A stretch of 64,000 bases of DNA from the NCBI GenBank assembly GCA_963744995.1, contig CAVUWA010000011.1, forward strand, positions 128,001 through 192,000. The letters run 5' to 3'. A model generated the notes under the pieces. That model worked only from the letters and a program-made list of their open reading frames with translations. It did no database searches and had not been told where the DNA came from. Position 1 is the first letter of the stretch; each line of letters starts with the position of its first letter. Of this stretch, positions 10,592 through 21,268 are shown piece by piece. The position numbers were made by a program, and so were the translations under genes. This stretch comes from Candidatus Eiseniibacteriota bacterium. Its GTDB lineage: Bacteria; Eisenbacteria; RBG-16-71-46.

Positions 10592-11178
10592 GCCTGATCC
10601 TGCGCCGCCTCGGGTGGCTCGACCATCGCCCGGTAGAGCCATGCGCGCCCGAACTTCCAGTGGCGCTCCACGGTCGCGTCCGAGCGGCCGATCACCTCGC
10701 CGATCTCCTTGCTGGTGAGCCCGCCGAAGAACTTGAGTTCGACGATCCGCGCCACGTCGGGGTGCGCCGCGGCCAGGCGTTCGAGCGCCTCGTGCAGGGC
10801 GAGCAGCTCGGTGCCCGGTGCGTTCACCGAGAACGACACGGCGCGCTCGAGCGGAATGCGATCCCAGCCGCCGCCGCGTTTCTGCCGGCCACGCGCCCGA
10901 GCGTGGTCGATCAGCACGCGCCGCATCGCGCGTGCCGCCATCGCGAAGAAGTGCGCACGATCGTGCCACGCCACCTGTTCGCTGCCGACGAGCCGCATGA
11001 AGGCCTCGTGGACGACGGCGGTCGCCTGCAGCGTATGGCCGGGCCGCTCGCCGTTCAGATAGCCGCGGGCCAGTCGCCGCAGCTCGTCGTAGACGAGCGG
11101 AAACAGCTGCTCCGCCGCGGCTACGTCGCCGTGACTGGCACTGTGCAGAACCTGGGTGATGTCGCGCGGCGAGGACAT
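10588..11178 (-). CDS. ECF sigma factor, TIGR02999/ECF43-like (kinase-associated)
   Basis: LFPLVYDELRRLA, HTLQATAVVHEAF, RQKRGG, VELKFFGGLT; coupled to downstream kinase. Confidence 0.9.
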   Translation of the reverse strand: MSSPRDITQVLHSASHGDVAAAEQLFPLVYDELRRLARGYLNGERPGHTLQATAVVHEAFMRLVGSEQVAWHDRAHFFAMAARAMRRVLIDHARARGRQKRGGGWDRIPLERAVSFSVNAPGTELLALHEALERLAAAHPDVARIVELKFFGGLTSKEIGEVIGRSDATVERHWKFGRAWLYRAMVEPPEAAQDQA

Positions 11179-11230
11179 CGAGGGGTCTCCGGGAGCACGA
11201 TCCGGCCGGCCGGGCGGCCGCCGAAGGTCC

Positions 11231-11236
11231 ATTATA
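11231..11236 (-). promoter_or_regulatory. -10 box (TATAAT) upstream of ECF/kinase operon
   Basis: Perfect TATAAT on minus strand in GC-rich intergenic DNA about 53 nt before the start. Confidence 0.5.
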
Positions 11237-11326
11237 GGCCACCGCGGCGCCGGATCGGCTCCGGCGCCGCGGCACGTCGCCCCGGCGATGGCACGGTGCG
11301 GGCGGAGAAAGCCGCGCCCGGGCGGT

Positions 11327-12868
11327 TCAGCCGGTCGTGGTCTCGGCGGCGCGTTCTTCTTCGCGCAGCCCGTAGAGCGGCTGGAACTTGCTCCACAGGT
11401 AGTCCATGTACGGCTCGATCGTGAGCGGCCCGCCGGTGACGCGCGCGAGCAGCTCCTCCGGCGTGAACTTCGAGCCGTGCTGATAGATGTTGTCACCGAG
11501 CCAGTCATGCAGCGTCGTGAACTCGCCCTTGCGGATCTCCGCCGGGATCTCCGGATGCACCTCCTTCGCCTTCGCGAAGAACTGCGCGGCCATGATGTTG
11601 CCCAGCGTGTAGCCCTGGAACACCCCGCCGATCGGGCCGCTGAACCAGTGCACGTCCTGCAGCACCCCGTCCTTGTGGTCGGTCACCTCGACGCCGAGGT
11701 CCTCCCTGTAGCGCGCGATCCACGCATCGGCGAGATCCTTGATCGCGAGCTTGCCTTCCAGCATGTCGAGCTCGAGACCGAAACGGATCATGACGTGCAG
11801 GTTGTAGGTGACCTCGTCCGCATCGGTGCGGATCAGCGTGCGGCCGACCTTGTTGATCGCGCGGTAGAACTCGTCCACCGACACGTCCTTCAGCTCGTTC
11901 GGGAAGTTCCGGCGGATCTCGGGGTAGAAGAACGTCCAGAAGTCCAGGCTGCGGCCGACCTGGTTCTCCCACAGCCGCGACTGGCTCTCGTGCACGCCGG
12001 ACGACGTGCCGTTCGCGAGCGGCGTGCCTTCGAACTCCATGCGGATGCCCTGTTCGTACATGGCATGCCCCGACTCGTGCAGCGTGCTGAACAGCGAGTC
12101 GGTGAGATCGTTCTGGCGCGCGCGCGTGGTGATGCGCACGTCGCCGAGCGAGAACTTGGTCATGAACGGATGATGCGTCATGTCCTGGCGGCCGCGCTGG
12201 AAGTCGTAGCCGTAGCGCTCGATCACGCCGAGGCCGAACGCGAGCTGCTTCGACACTTCGGCGTCGTGACGCAGGCAGGAATCATCGGCCGGTGGCCGCG
12301 AGGTGATCGCCTTCACGATCGGCACCAGACGCGCCCGCAGATCGCCGAAGATCCGGCGCACTTCGGCGGCCTTCATGCCCTGGTCGCCGAAGTCGATCAG
12401 CGGGTCGGCGATGTGCGCGTACCCGGGGAAGCAGTTGGCGAGCCTGCGGCTCAGGTCGAGCGTCTTCTCGAGTACGGGGCGCACACGATCGAAGTCGTTC
12501 GCGGGCCGCGCCGTGATCCATACGTTGTAGGCGTGGCTCCAGTGGGCCTCCATCTCGGTGACGAGCGCCGCGGGCAGGCGGGTCGCCAGCTCGAATTCGC
12601 GGCGCGCCGCGCGCACGAGGCAGAACTCGTCCGAATCCTTCGGCAGCGCCGCGACGTCCTTTTCGGCCGCGTCGAGCAGGCGGCCGAGCGCCGGATCCAC
12701 CTGGCATTCGTGGGCCAGCCGGCCGAGCAGCGCGAGCTGGCGTCCGCGCGCGTCCGCGCCGCCGGGCGGCATGTACGTGGTCATGTCCCAGCGCAGCAGC
12801 GAGGCCGCCATCTGCAGATCGTAGATCTCCGCGAGGCGCGCTTTCAGCTCTTTCATCCGGTCGTTCAT
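11327..12868 (-). CDS. Carboxypeptidase Taq, peptidase family M32
   Basis: HPF, DVRITTR, HESGH (HEXXH), HESQ, IRTDADE, GVLQDVHW motifs. Confidence 0.95.
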   Translation of the reverse strand: MNDRMKELKARLAEIYDLQMAASLLRWDMTTYMPPGGADARGRQLALLGRLAHECQVDPALGRLLDAAEKDVAALPKDSDEFCLVRAARREFELATRLPAALVTEMEAHWSHAYNVWITARPANDFDRVRPVLEKTLDLSRRLANCFPGYAHIADPLIDFGDQGMKAAEVRRIFGDLRARLVPIVKAITSRPPADDSCLRHDAEVSKQLAFGLGVIERYGYDFQRGRQDMTHHPFMTKFSLGDVRITTRARQNDLTDSLFSTLHESGHAMYEQGIRMEFEGTPLANGTSSGVHESQSRLWENQVGRSLDFWTFFYPEIRRNFPNELKDVSVDEFYRAINKVGRTLIRTDADEVTYNLHVMIRFGLELDMLEGKLAIKDLADAWIARYREDLGVEVTDHKDGVLQDVHWFSGPIGGVFQGYTLGNIMAAQFFAKAKEVHPEIPAEIRKGEFTTLHDWLGDNIYQHGSKFTPEELLARVTGGPLTIEPYMDYLWSKFQPLYGLREEERAAETTTG

Positions 12869-13114
12869 GAACCCCTCCCAGGGTCGGTTTTGTCCGCAGA
12901 GTCCCGAGCATTTGGCGGACGGCGGGCCCCCGCGGGGAGAACGCGCAGGCGCCACGTCAGGTTGCAGCCGTCCCGACAGGGTGAGGAGAATACGACAAAC
13001 GGCCCGGGAATGGGCCACCCGTTCGGCCGGCCGCTGGCCGGCCCGTCCCCACCCGGATCTGCCGCACGAACGGCGCGGCCGATCCGCACGGCGCATTCTG
13101 CGCGTGGAGGTGTC

Positions 13115-13942
13115 ATGCAGACCGGCTTCCCGAGTGACGATCTGATCGCCCTGATGACGCGCTACGGCCTGAGCGTGCTCGGCGCCATCGCCTTGCTGCT
13201 CCTCGGCCTGTCCGCCGCGCGCCTCGCCCGCCGCTGGGTGCGGCGCGCGCTGCGGCGCCACGCCGTGGACGAGACACTGACCCCCGTGCTCTCGAGCGTC
13301 TCGTATTACCTGGTGCTCACTTTCGTGCTGATCGCCGTGCTGGGCCTGTTCGGCGTCCAGGTCACGTCGATCGTCGCCGTGCTCGGCGCCGCCGCGTTCG
13401 CGGTGGGCATGGCTCTGCAGGGCACGCTCTCGAACTTCGCGTCGGGCATCATGCTGCTGGTGTTCAGGCCGTTCAAGATCGGCGACCTGGTGGAGGTCGG
13501 CGGCGCCTACGGCACCGTGCAGGAAATCGGGATCTTCTCGACCGCGCTCGATACGTTCGACAACGTCCGCTACATCGTCCCCAACACGTCCATCTGGGGC
13601 GCGACGATCAAGAACTACGCGACCCACGAGCGGCGTCGCAACGATCTGGTCGTGAGCATCTCCTACCGCGACGACATCCCGGCGGCGATGGCGGCGATCC
13701 GCGACGTGCTGGCCGGCGAGCCGCGCGTGCTGAAGGATCCGGAGCCGCAGGTGCTGGTCGGCGAACTCGGCGATTCCTCGGTCAACCTGTTCGTGCGGCC
13801 GTGGTGCGTCAGGGACGACTACTTCCCGCTGCGCTTCGATCTCACCTGGCGTCTGAAGGACGCCGTCGAGGCGGCCGGCTGCACGATTCCCTTCCCGCAG
13901 CGCGACGTGCACCTGTTTTCCGAGGAGCAGGTCGCGGGCTGA
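13115..13942 (+). CDS. mscS: Small-conductance mechanosensitive channel, copy 1
   Basis: ALQGTLSNFASG...RPFKIGD...IPFPQRDVH; GGAGG RBS. Confidence 0.92.
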   Translation: MQTGFPSDDLIALMTRYGLSVLGAIALLLLGLSAARLARRWVRRALRRHAVDETLTPVLSSVSYYLVLTFVLIAVLGLFGVQVTSIVAVLGAAAFAVGMALQGTLSNFASGIMLLVFRPFKIGDLVEVGGAYGTVQEIGIFSTALDTFDNVRYIVPNTSIWGATIKNYATHERRRNDLVVSISYRDDIPAAMAAIRDVLAGEPRVLKDPEPQVLVGELGDSSVNLFVRPWCVRDDYFPLRFDLTWRLKDAVEAAGCTIPFPQRDVHLFSEEQVAG

Positions 13943-14118
13943 ACGCCGTGCCGCGGGCGCCGCGCGGAGACGGGGTGGAGAGATCGTCCCGAAGGCGTTA
14001 GGGTCGGGCCCGATTCGTCTGCGACGGTCCGCGTGCGCGAACCTTGTGCACGCGCTCGAGCGGTGAATGCACTGGCGTACCGTCGCGGCTGTTCCACCCG
14101 AACGACGGAGGCCTTCAT

Positions 14119-14934
14119 ATGACCACCGAACTCTTCGTTGCCGTCATCGCCCGGTGGGCCCCGCGGGTTCTCGGCGCGCTGGTCGTGCTCGTGGCCGGGC
14201 TGATGGTCGCCCGCTGGGTCCGCAGCGCCGTGCGCAAGGCGCTCGGACGACGCGGCACCGACGCCACGCTGATCCCGTTCGCGTCGAGCTTCGCCTATTA
14301 CGTGACGGTGACGTTCGTCGTCGTCGCGGTGCTCGGGATGTTCGGCGTCGAGGTGACGTCGGTCATTGCAGTGCTCGGCGCCGTCGCGTTCGCCGTCGGC
14401 CTCGCGCTGCAGGGCACGCTCGCCAACTTCGCCTCCGGCGTGATGCTGCTGCTCTTCCGTCCGTTCAAGGTCGGCGACTACGTGGACGCCGGCGGCACCG
14501 CGGGATCGGTCACCGAAATCGGCATTTTCTTCACGACGCTCAACACGCCGGACAACGTCCGCGTCGTGGTGCCGAATTCGGCGGTGTGGGGTCAGACCAT
14601 CCACAACTACGCGGCGAACGACACGCGGCGCAACGACATGGTGGTCGGGGTCAGCTACTCCGACGATCTGGGTAAGGCGATGGAGATCATCAACGGCGTG
14701 CTCGCGGAGGATCCGCGCGTGCTGCGCGACCCCGCCCCGACCGTGGCCGTCGCGGAAATGGCGGACTCGTCGGTCAACATCGTCGTGCGCCCGTGGTGCA
14801 ACAAGGGCGATTACTGGACTCTGCGCTTCGATCTCACCCGGCGGCTCAAGGAAGCGCTCGAAGCGGGCGGCTGTTCGATTCCGTTCCCGCAGCGCGACGT
14901 GCATTTGTTCCAGGAGACGGCCCAGACCGGATAG
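14119..14934 (+). CDS. mscS: Small-conductance mechanosensitive channel, copy 2
   Basis: ALQGTLANFASG...RPFKVGD...IPFPQRDVH; GGAGG RBS. Confidence 0.92.
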   Translation: MTTELFVAVIARWAPRVLGALVVLVAGLMVARWVRSAVRKALGRRGTDATLIPFASSFAYYVTVTFVVVAVLGMFGVEVTSVIAVLGAVAFAVGLALQGTLANFASGVMLLLFRPFKVGDYVDAGGTAGSVTEIGIFFTTLNTPDNVRVVVPNSAVWGQTIHNYAANDTRRNDMVVGVSYSDDLGKAMEIINGVLAEDPRVLRDPAPTVAVAEMADSSVNIVVRPWCNKGDYWTLRFDLTRRLKEALEAGGCSIPFPQRDVHLFQETAQTG

Positions 14935-14954
14935 CGGGCCGGTGCGCAGCGGGT

Positions 14955-16550
14955 TCAATGGCCGAGCATCATCCCCACGCCCGGCCCGATCGGCAGGTGG
15001 AACGCCCAGAACGCGACGAGCATGAGCGTCCACAGGATCGTGAACGCGATCGTGTACGGCACCATGAGCGCGATGATCGTGCCGGTGCCGGACTTCGACT
15101 CGTAGCGCTGCGCGTAGGCGATCAGGAACGGCATGTACGGCATGAGCGGGGTGATCATGTTCGTGCACGAATCACCGACGCGATAGATCGCCTGCGTGCC
15201 TTCCGGCGTGAAGCCGAGCAGCACGAACATCGGCACGAACACGGTACTCATCACGGCCCACTTGGCGGACGACGAGGCGGTGAACAGGTTGAGGAATGCC
15301 GCGAACAGCACGAGCCCGGCGATGAGCGGCGCGCCGGTGAGCCCCATCGCCTTGAGCGTGTTGGCGCCGCCGATCGCGAGGATTGCGCCGAGGTTCGACC
15401 AGCCGAACCACGCCACGAACTGCCCGGCGACGAACGCGAGCACGATGTAGACGCCCATCGTGCCCATGGTTTCCCCGGAGATCTTCGCCACGTCGTGATC
15501 GTTCCTGAACCTGCCGGTCACGAGGCCGTACACGAGACCGGGCACGAAGAACAGCACGAGCACCCAGACCACCATGCTGTCGAACAGCGGGCGCAGCCGT
15601 TCGATCGGCGTGGCGCCGTCCACCCGCAGCGGCGCCCCGCCCGGTGCGGTCAGGACGACCATGAGGGCGATCACGGCCAGCAGCGACACGCCGGCCGCGA
15701 CGAGCCCGCGGCGCTCTCCCGGGCTCAGCGGGTGCAGCATCGTGCCGTGGTCTTCGCCCGCCGCCGGCGCCACGTCGGCCTCCGGCGGGGCGGCGCCGGC
15801 CGCGGCCGGGCGCCATGCTCCGAAGCGCGGCTCGACGAACCGGTGCGTGATCCAGGTGCCGAGCACCGTCAGCACCGGCGTCGAGATCAGCATGAACCAG
15901 TAGTTGCCGAGGATGTTCACCGTGTAGCCGGGCAGCAGTTTCGACGCATCGAGCGCGGCCTGCGACAGCCCGACCAGCAGCACGTCGAGGATCGTCGGCA
16001 GCAGGTTCGCACTGAATCCGCCCGAGACCCCGGCAAACGCCGCCGCGATACCGACCAGCGGGTGGCGCCCGACGGCGATGAACAGCATCGCCGCGAGCGG
16101 CGGCAGCAGGATGATCGCGGCGTCGCCGGCCATGCTGCCGTTGATGCCGGCGAACACGATCGCCGCGGTCAGAAGCGAGCGCGGCACGCTCATCGCGAAG
16201 CCGCGCAGCAGCACGGTCATCAACCCGCTCGCCTCCGCGATCCCGACGCCGAGCATCGCCACCAGCACGGTACCGAGCGGCGCGAAGCCGGTGAAGTTGC
16301 GCACCGCCTCGGTGAAGATGCGCCGCACCCCGTCGCGGTCGAGCAGGTTGATGGCCGCGATGGTGGACCCGTCCTTCGGGTGGATCGCGGACACGTGCAT
16401 CGACGCCGCGAGCCACGAGGCGATCAGCACCATGGCCCCGAACATGGCGAACAGGGTGACGGGGTGCGGCAGGGCGTTGCCGATCCGCTCGATCCGATCG
16501 AGCAGGCGGAAGCCGAGCGAGCGCGCGGGGCCGGCGGCGGGAGCGTTCAC
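14955..16550 (-). CDS. AbgT family transporter
   Basis: IERIGNALPHP, NFTGFAPLG, GRHPLVG, YRVGDSCTNMITP motifs. Confidence 0.92.
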   Translation of the reverse strand: MNAPAAGPARSLGFRLLDRIERIGNALPHPVTLFAMFGAMVLIASWLAASMHVSAIHPKDGSTIAAINLLDRDGVRRIFTEAVRNFTGFAPLGTVLVAMLGVGIAEASGLMTVLLRGFAMSVPRSLLTAAIVFAGINGSMAGDAAIILLPPLAAMLFIAVGRHPLVGIAAAFAGVSGGFSANLLPTILDVLLVGLSQAALDASKLLPGYTVNILGNYWFMLISTPVLTVLGTWITHRFVEPRFGAWRPAAAGAAPPEADVAPAAGEDHGTMLHPLSPGERRGLVAAGVSLLAVIALMVVLTAPGGAPLRVDGATPIERLRPLFDSMVVWVLVLFFVPGLVYGLVTGRFRNDHDVAKISGETMGTMGVYIVLAFVAGQFVAWFGWSNLGAILAIGGANTLKAMGLTGAPLIAGLVLFAAFLNLFTASSSAKWAVMSTVFVPMFVLLGFTPEGTQAIYRVGDSCTNMITPLMPYMPFLIAYAQRYESKSGTGTIIALMVPYTIAFTILWTLMLVAFWAFHLPIGPGVGMMLGH

Positions 16551-16666
16551 GCGGCGGAGAACAGCACGGAACGCCGCACCGTGACAAGAAAAAACGGCGC
16601 GGCGCCGCGCGGGCGGTGGCCCCGCGGCCGCCCGCCCGCCACATCACGCGCCGCGCCGCCGCGCGC

Positions 16667-18571
16667 CTAAACGAAGTCGCGCAGCTTGAATTTCACGTTC
16701 ATCGCCCTGCCGTCGCGCTCCACCTTGAATACGACTTCCGTGCCGGGCTTGCCTTCCTCGAACAGCGTCTCGACGTCCGCGTGCTTCCAGTCCGCAGCAG
16801 CCCTGCCGTCGATCGCGCGGATCACGTCGCCGACCTCGAGCCCCGCCTTCTGCGCCGGCGAGCCGTCGATCACCTGCGCGATGGAGATCACGCCGTCCTT
16901 CTTCACCAGCTGCAGGCCGCTCCGGGTGAAGTGGTCGGGCCGCGCGTAGCGGGCGCCCGGCTCCAGGTACAGAACGCGGTGCTCATAGTCGAACGTGCAC
17001 TTGAAGCGGTCGAGGATCCGGTTGCCGATATTGCCGGCGTAGTCCGAGCTCGCGAGCGCACCGGTCGTCGCACCGGACAACGAGACCATGGGGTTCTTCC
17101 ACGAGTATGGTCCGATCGCGATCGACTTCATGCGGGTCATGCGTGAAGTGAACATGCCGCCGAATCCGCCGCTGAGGACCTCGACGCCGTCCTTGACCTT
17201 CTTGTCGATGCCGTTGGCCTCGACGAACGGGCGGTGCAGGTCCACGGTCGCGCTGCTGCCGACGTCGATGCGGAACTTGCCCTTGTACCTGCCGTCGAGG
17301 GTCATCTCGATGGCGGGCACCGTGCCGGCCAGCTCCATCGGAATCGCCTCGCCCTGGCCCTGGTATTCGAAGGCCTTCGGATCGCGCAACACGATCGTTC
17401 CGGTGTCGTAGTCGATCTCGTTCACGAACTGCGAGATGAAGTTGAAGCCGACGATGCCCGCTGCGGGCTTCCAGAAGAACGGTTCGAGCATCGGGTTCAC
17501 CGACAGCACCGCGACCGGGACGTTCTTCATTTCGATCCCGTCGCCGTCGTCGCCGGCGACCTTCAGGTCGTCGAGGGTCGCGAGCGACACGCTGCCCGTC
17601 GCGCCTGCGCCCTGGCCCTGCATGTGACCCTGCGCCTCGAGCCCGATCTGCGCGGCGTAGGTGCTGTCGATCACCGTGATGCTCGCGCCCGTGTCGTAGA
17701 TGAAATCAGCGGGCGGATTGCCGTTCACGCTCGCCCGCACCCACAGGTGCTTCGCCGCATAGTCGAACGCGAGCCGTGCGGTCCCGTCCTGCTTCAGGTA
17801 ACGCACTCCGTGGTCGCCTTCGCCGGGCAGGCCGAAGGGCGCGGCCGACATGTCGGTGTTCACTTCGAGCGTGTCGAACGCCACGGTGACGTCGTTGGCC
17901 GGCATTCCCTCGATCGACGTCTTCGTCATCGTCGCGAGGCGCAGCCCGGCGAAGGCCCTGTACCTGGAAAGCGTGCTGATCACCGTGTTCTGGTCCGACT
18001 TCGCGACCACCTTGTCGATCAGCCCCGTGTCGCGGTTCACCCATATGCGGCGCGTTTCGCCGCCCGGCGCCTCGATCAGCAGAACGTCATAGGGTCCTTG
18101 TGGCTCCTCCTGTTTCGCGAGGCTCACCTTGCCGCCCCCCTGATCCGGTTCCAGCCAGCGGTCGGCGTCGAACCAGGCGCTGGCGATCGAGCGGTCGCGA
18201 TCGATGCCGTCGAGCACGATGACCTTGCCGCCCGGATCGGTGCGCCACGCGGTGGAGCCGTCATAGCCCTCCTGGATCTTGAGCGGGCCTATGTCCATCC
18301 GGCTCGCGCGCTTGTCGGGCCGCGCGGTCCACGTGTCGATCGAGCCCGTGAAGCCGAACGCCGACACCTTGCCCGTGCCGTGCACGGAGTGCACCGCTTC
18401 GAAAGCGGCGCGGCCGCCGATCGCCTCGAGGTAGTGCTCGACGACCTTCCGCGCTTCGGGCGTGATGTCGGCCGCGGCGGCCGGGACGCGCAACGCCAGC
18501 GCCGCGCACAGCACGAGCGCACACGCGGCGAACGAGTGCCGCACGCGTGCGGCGGATGACCAGAAGACCAT
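16667..18571 (-). CDS. Secreted aspartyl protease family protein (two retropepsin-like domains + PDZ), paralog of 5893..7785
   Basis: FIYDTGA, GIVGFNFI, FRIDVGS, GNIGNRIL, SPAQKAGLEVGDVIRAIDG; signal peptide. Confidence 0.85.
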   Translation of the reverse strand: MVFWSSAARVRHSFAACALVLCAALALRVPAAAADITPEARKVVEHYLEAIGGRAAFEAVHSVHGTGKVSAFGFTGSIDTWTARPDKRASRMDIGPLKIQEGYDGSTAWRTDPGGKVIVLDGIDRDRSIASAWFDADRWLEPDQGGGKVSLAKQEEPQGPYDVLLIEAPGGETRRIWVNRDTGLIDKVVAKSDQNTVISTLSRYRAFAGLRLATMTKTSIEGMPANDVTVAFDTLEVNTDMSAAPFGLPGEGDHGVRYLKQDGTARLAFDYAAKHLWVRASVNGNPPADFIYDTGASITVIDSTYAAQIGLEAQGHMQGQGAGATGSVSLATLDDLKVAGDDGDGIEMKNVPVAVLSVNPMLEPFFWKPAAGIVGFNFISQFVNEIDYDTGTIVLRDPKAFEYQGQGEAIPMELAGTVPAIEMTLDGRYKGKFRIDVGSSATVDLHRPFVEANGIDKKVKDGVEVLSGGFGGMFTSRMTRMKSIAIGPYSWKNPMVSLSGATTGALASSDYAGNIGNRILDRFKCTFDYEHRVLYLEPGARYARPDHFTRSGLQLVKKDGVISIAQVIDGSPAQKAGLEVGDVIRAIDGRAAADWKHADVETLFEEGKPGTEVVFKVERDGRAMNVKFKLRDFV

Positions 18572-18704
18572 GAGAGTTCTCCCGTTGGGGTGAAGCCGGC
18601 AGGCAAGCGCGGGCAGAATAGCGCACCGCCCTTGCGCACGCATGGCCGGACGGCTAGTTTCGCTCGTTCACTCCCCCGCTCCGCGTTCAAGGAGGACTTC
18701 GAAG

Positions 18705-19193
18705 ATGCTCAGACGTCTACTGCTGCTGGGATCCATCCTGACCCTGCTGGCGCCCGGGGCAGCGCACGCGGCCACCGTGGCCACCGGTATCGGTCCGCGC
18801 GTCGGGCTCAGCCTCGACCCGGACCAGCTCGTGGTCGGCGGCCAGATGATGTTCGGGGAGATCGCGCCCGACGTGACGTTCAATCCGAGCCTCGAGTTCG
18901 GGTTCGGCGACCATCAGACCGTGATCGCGATAAACCTGGACGGCCAGTACCACTTCCGCATCGAGGGCTCGCCCTGGCGCCCGTACGCCGGGTTCGGCCT
19001 CGGCATCAACTTCATCGAGGTGGATGCCCCCGCCGGGTTCGAGAACGTCTCCGACACCAACGTGGGCGCGAACCTGGTGGTCGGCGCCGGCGTCCCGACG
19101 CGCTCGAACAACCGCTTCTTCACCGAGGCTCGCTTCGGCCTGGGCGACATCCCAAGCCTCAAGCTGATTGCCGGCTGGGTGTTCCCGCTGTAG
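18705..19193 (+). CDS. Small outer-membrane beta-barrel protein (OmpA/PorT-like 8-strand type)
   Basis: Signal peptide, alternating amphipathic strands, RPYAGFGLG, C-terminal GWVFPL; AGGAGG RBS. Confidence 0.75.
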   Translation: MLRRLLLLGSILTLLAPGAAHAATVATGIGPRVGLSLDPDQLVVGGQMMFGEIAPDVTFNPSLEFGFGDHQTVIAINLDGQYHFRIEGSPWRPYAGFGLGINFIEVDAPAGFENVSDTNVGANLVVGAGVPTRSNNRFFTEARFGLGDIPSLKLIAGWVFPL

Positions 19194-19216
19194 CGGGCCC
19201 CGCACCCCCGCGCCAT

Positions 19217-19252
19217 CGAAAAGGCGCCCCGCGATGGCCGGGCGCCTTTTCG
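19217..19252. terminator. Bidirectional rho-independent terminator
   Basis: CGAAAAGGCGCCC...GGGCGCCTTTTCG stem with U-tracts on both strands between convergent genes. Confidence 0.75.
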
Positions 19253-19276
19253 GCTTCGTGGCGGCGGCCAGGGCCG

Positions 19277-21268
19277 TCAGCGCAGGCGCTGCGCCCGCTG
19301 ACCCGCCGCGCGCGCGGTCTGCATCCGCTGGATGAACACCTGCGGCGGCAGGAAGCCCTCGACCCGGGCCGCGCGGACCTCGCGGCCGTCCGGCGCGAGG
19401 AACACGATGGTGGGCACGCCGGTGATGTCGTACTGGCGCCGCAGCTGTTCGGACTCCGGCGAGTCGTAGCGGGTGAGGTCGACCTTGAAGCGCACGAAGT
19501 CCTGCGCCGCGTCGATCACCGCACGGTCGGTGAAGGTGAACTGCTCGAGCTCGTGGCAGGGCACGCACCAGTCCGCCGAGAAGTCCATGAGCACGTGACG
19601 GCCGTCCTGGAGCGCCGACTGCAGGTTCTGGTCGTCGTATTCATGGAACGCGAGCGTATTCGAAGTCAGCGCCGCCACGACGATGAATGCCCCGCCGATC
19701 ATCGCGGCGAGGCCGCCGAGCTGCTTCACCCAGCCGAACACCGCCGTGCGCCCCTTGCTCTTCTCGATGAAGCCCAGGTACAGGCCGCCCACGAGCAGCG
19801 CGGTCGGCGCGACCCAGAACGAGAGCCGCGGCGCGAACGCCAGCATCGCGTAGAACACCCCGATCGAGAGCAGGACCACGCCGAACACCTTCTTCACCCA
19901 GATCATCCACTCGCCGGATTTCGGCAGGCTGGTGAGCAGGTTCGAGAACGTGCCGAGCAGCAGGTACGGCGCGCCGAGGCCGAGCGACAGCGTGAAGAAC
20001 GAGGTGAAGCCGAACACCGGGTCGCCCTTCGCGCCGACGATCGCCAGGAGCGCGACGATCGGCGGGCCGATGCACGGCGCCGCGAACACCCCGACCAGCA
20101 GTCCGGACAGGAACACCCCGGCGACTCCCGTCGCGGTCTGGCCGCCGAGCTTCATCATCAGCGCCGGCGGCAGCTGGATCTCGTAGAGACCGAACATCGA
20201 CAGCGATAGCGCGATCAGCAGGACGCCGATGCCGACCAGCACGAGCGGGCTCTGCAGCGCCGAGCCGAACAGCCCGCCCGAGAACGCCGCGGCGACCCCG
20301 AGCACGCTGTACATGAGTGCGATGCCCATCACGTAGACCACGGCCATGCCGAACGCCTGCAGCGGCGGCGTCTTGCCGCGGCCGCCGAAGATCGAGACGG
20401 TGACGCCGAGCATCGGATAGACGCACGGCGTGAGGTTGAGGGCGAGGCCGATCAGGAACAGCGTGATGAACGTGGCGAACGAGCCCTTTTCGAGCGCGCG
20501 CGCGATCGGATTCACCGGCGGCGCCGGATGGCCGCCGGCATGGGTTTCGCCCTTCTGCAGCGCCGCGCCGGGCGCCGGCGTGGCCGCGGAAGGCGCGCCC
20601 GTCTCGTCCCTCGCCCCGCCGGAGGGGCCTGCCGCCGCGCCGCCGGGAGGCGCACGCGCCGCATCGGGGCCGGCCGTCCCGGCGCCCCGGCCGCTTTCCG
20701 CCGCAGGAGGCGCCGCCGTGGCGGCGCCCGCCGTGCCTGCGCCGGGCACGTTCACGATCACCGCGACCGGCAGCGTGTGCGGCGGCAGGCAGACCTGGTC
20801 GTTGCAGGACTGGAAGCGCAGCGTGCCTTTCAGCTCGTGGCGGCCGTTCGTGGCGGCCGCGGCGACTTCCACCGGTACGGTGATCACCGCCGTGCCGTCG
20901 TACACGAACAGATCGCTCTCGTCGAAGCCGAGCCTGACCATGTGCGGCGCCGGGTAGACCGGATCGCCCGCGGTGACGCCCGCCGCGGGCTCGAGCGTGA
21001 GCACGGTCGGGATCATGTAATCGGGCGACGGCGGATTCGCGTTGATGTGCCAGGTCGGTGCGATCGTCAGGCTCACCTTCGCCGTCCCCTTCGCCCCCGC
21101 GGCGATCGTCACCGGCTCGGCCGCGATCTTCACCAGCTTCTCGGCCGGCGGCACGGCGCCGCCGAGCTGCGCCGCCGCGGGCGCGGCGCAGGTGAGCGCC
21201 GCGAGCAGCGCGAGCGCGGCGGCCCGGGCCATTCCGATCGGATTGCCGCGACGCGCGTGCCGGCTCAT
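19277..21268 (-). CDS. dsbD: Thiol:disulfide interchange protein DsbD (alpha, TM beta, thioredoxin gamma domains)
   Basis: [31 protein letters not shown]; long Ala/Gly/Pro linker; start overlaps upstream stop. Confidence 0.88.
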   Translation of the reverse strand: MSRHARRGNPIGMARAAALALLAALTCAAPAAAQLGGAVPPAEKLVKIAAEPVTIAAGAKGTAKVSLTIAPTWHINANPPSPDYMIPTVLTLEPAAGVTAGDPVYPAPHMVRLGFDESDLFVYDGTAVITVPVEVAAAATNGRHELKGTLRFQSCNDQVCLPPHTLPVAVIVNVPGAGTAGAATAAPPAAESGRGAGTAGPDAARAPPGGAAAGPSGGARDETGAPSAATPAPGAALQKGETHAGGHPAPPVNPIARALEKGSFATFITLFLIGLALNLTPCVYPMLGVTVSIFGGRGKTPPLQAFGMAVVYVMGIALMYSVLGVAAAFSGGLFGSALQSPLVLVGIGVLLIALSLSMFGLYEIQLPPALMMKLGGQTATGVAGVFLSGLLVGVFAAPCIGPPIVALLAIVGAKGDPVFGFTSFFTLSLGLGAPYLLLGTFSNLLTSLPKSGEWMIWVKKVFGVVLLSIGVFYAMLAFAPRLSFWVAPTALLVGGLYLGFIEKSKGRTAVFGWVKQLGGLAAMIGGAFIVVAALTSNTLAFHEYDDQNLQSALQDGRHVLMDFSADWCVPCHELEQFTFTDRAVIDAAQDFVRFKVDLTRYDSPESEQLRRQYDITGVPTIVFLAPDGREVRAARVEGFLPPQVFIQRMQTARAAGQRAQRLR

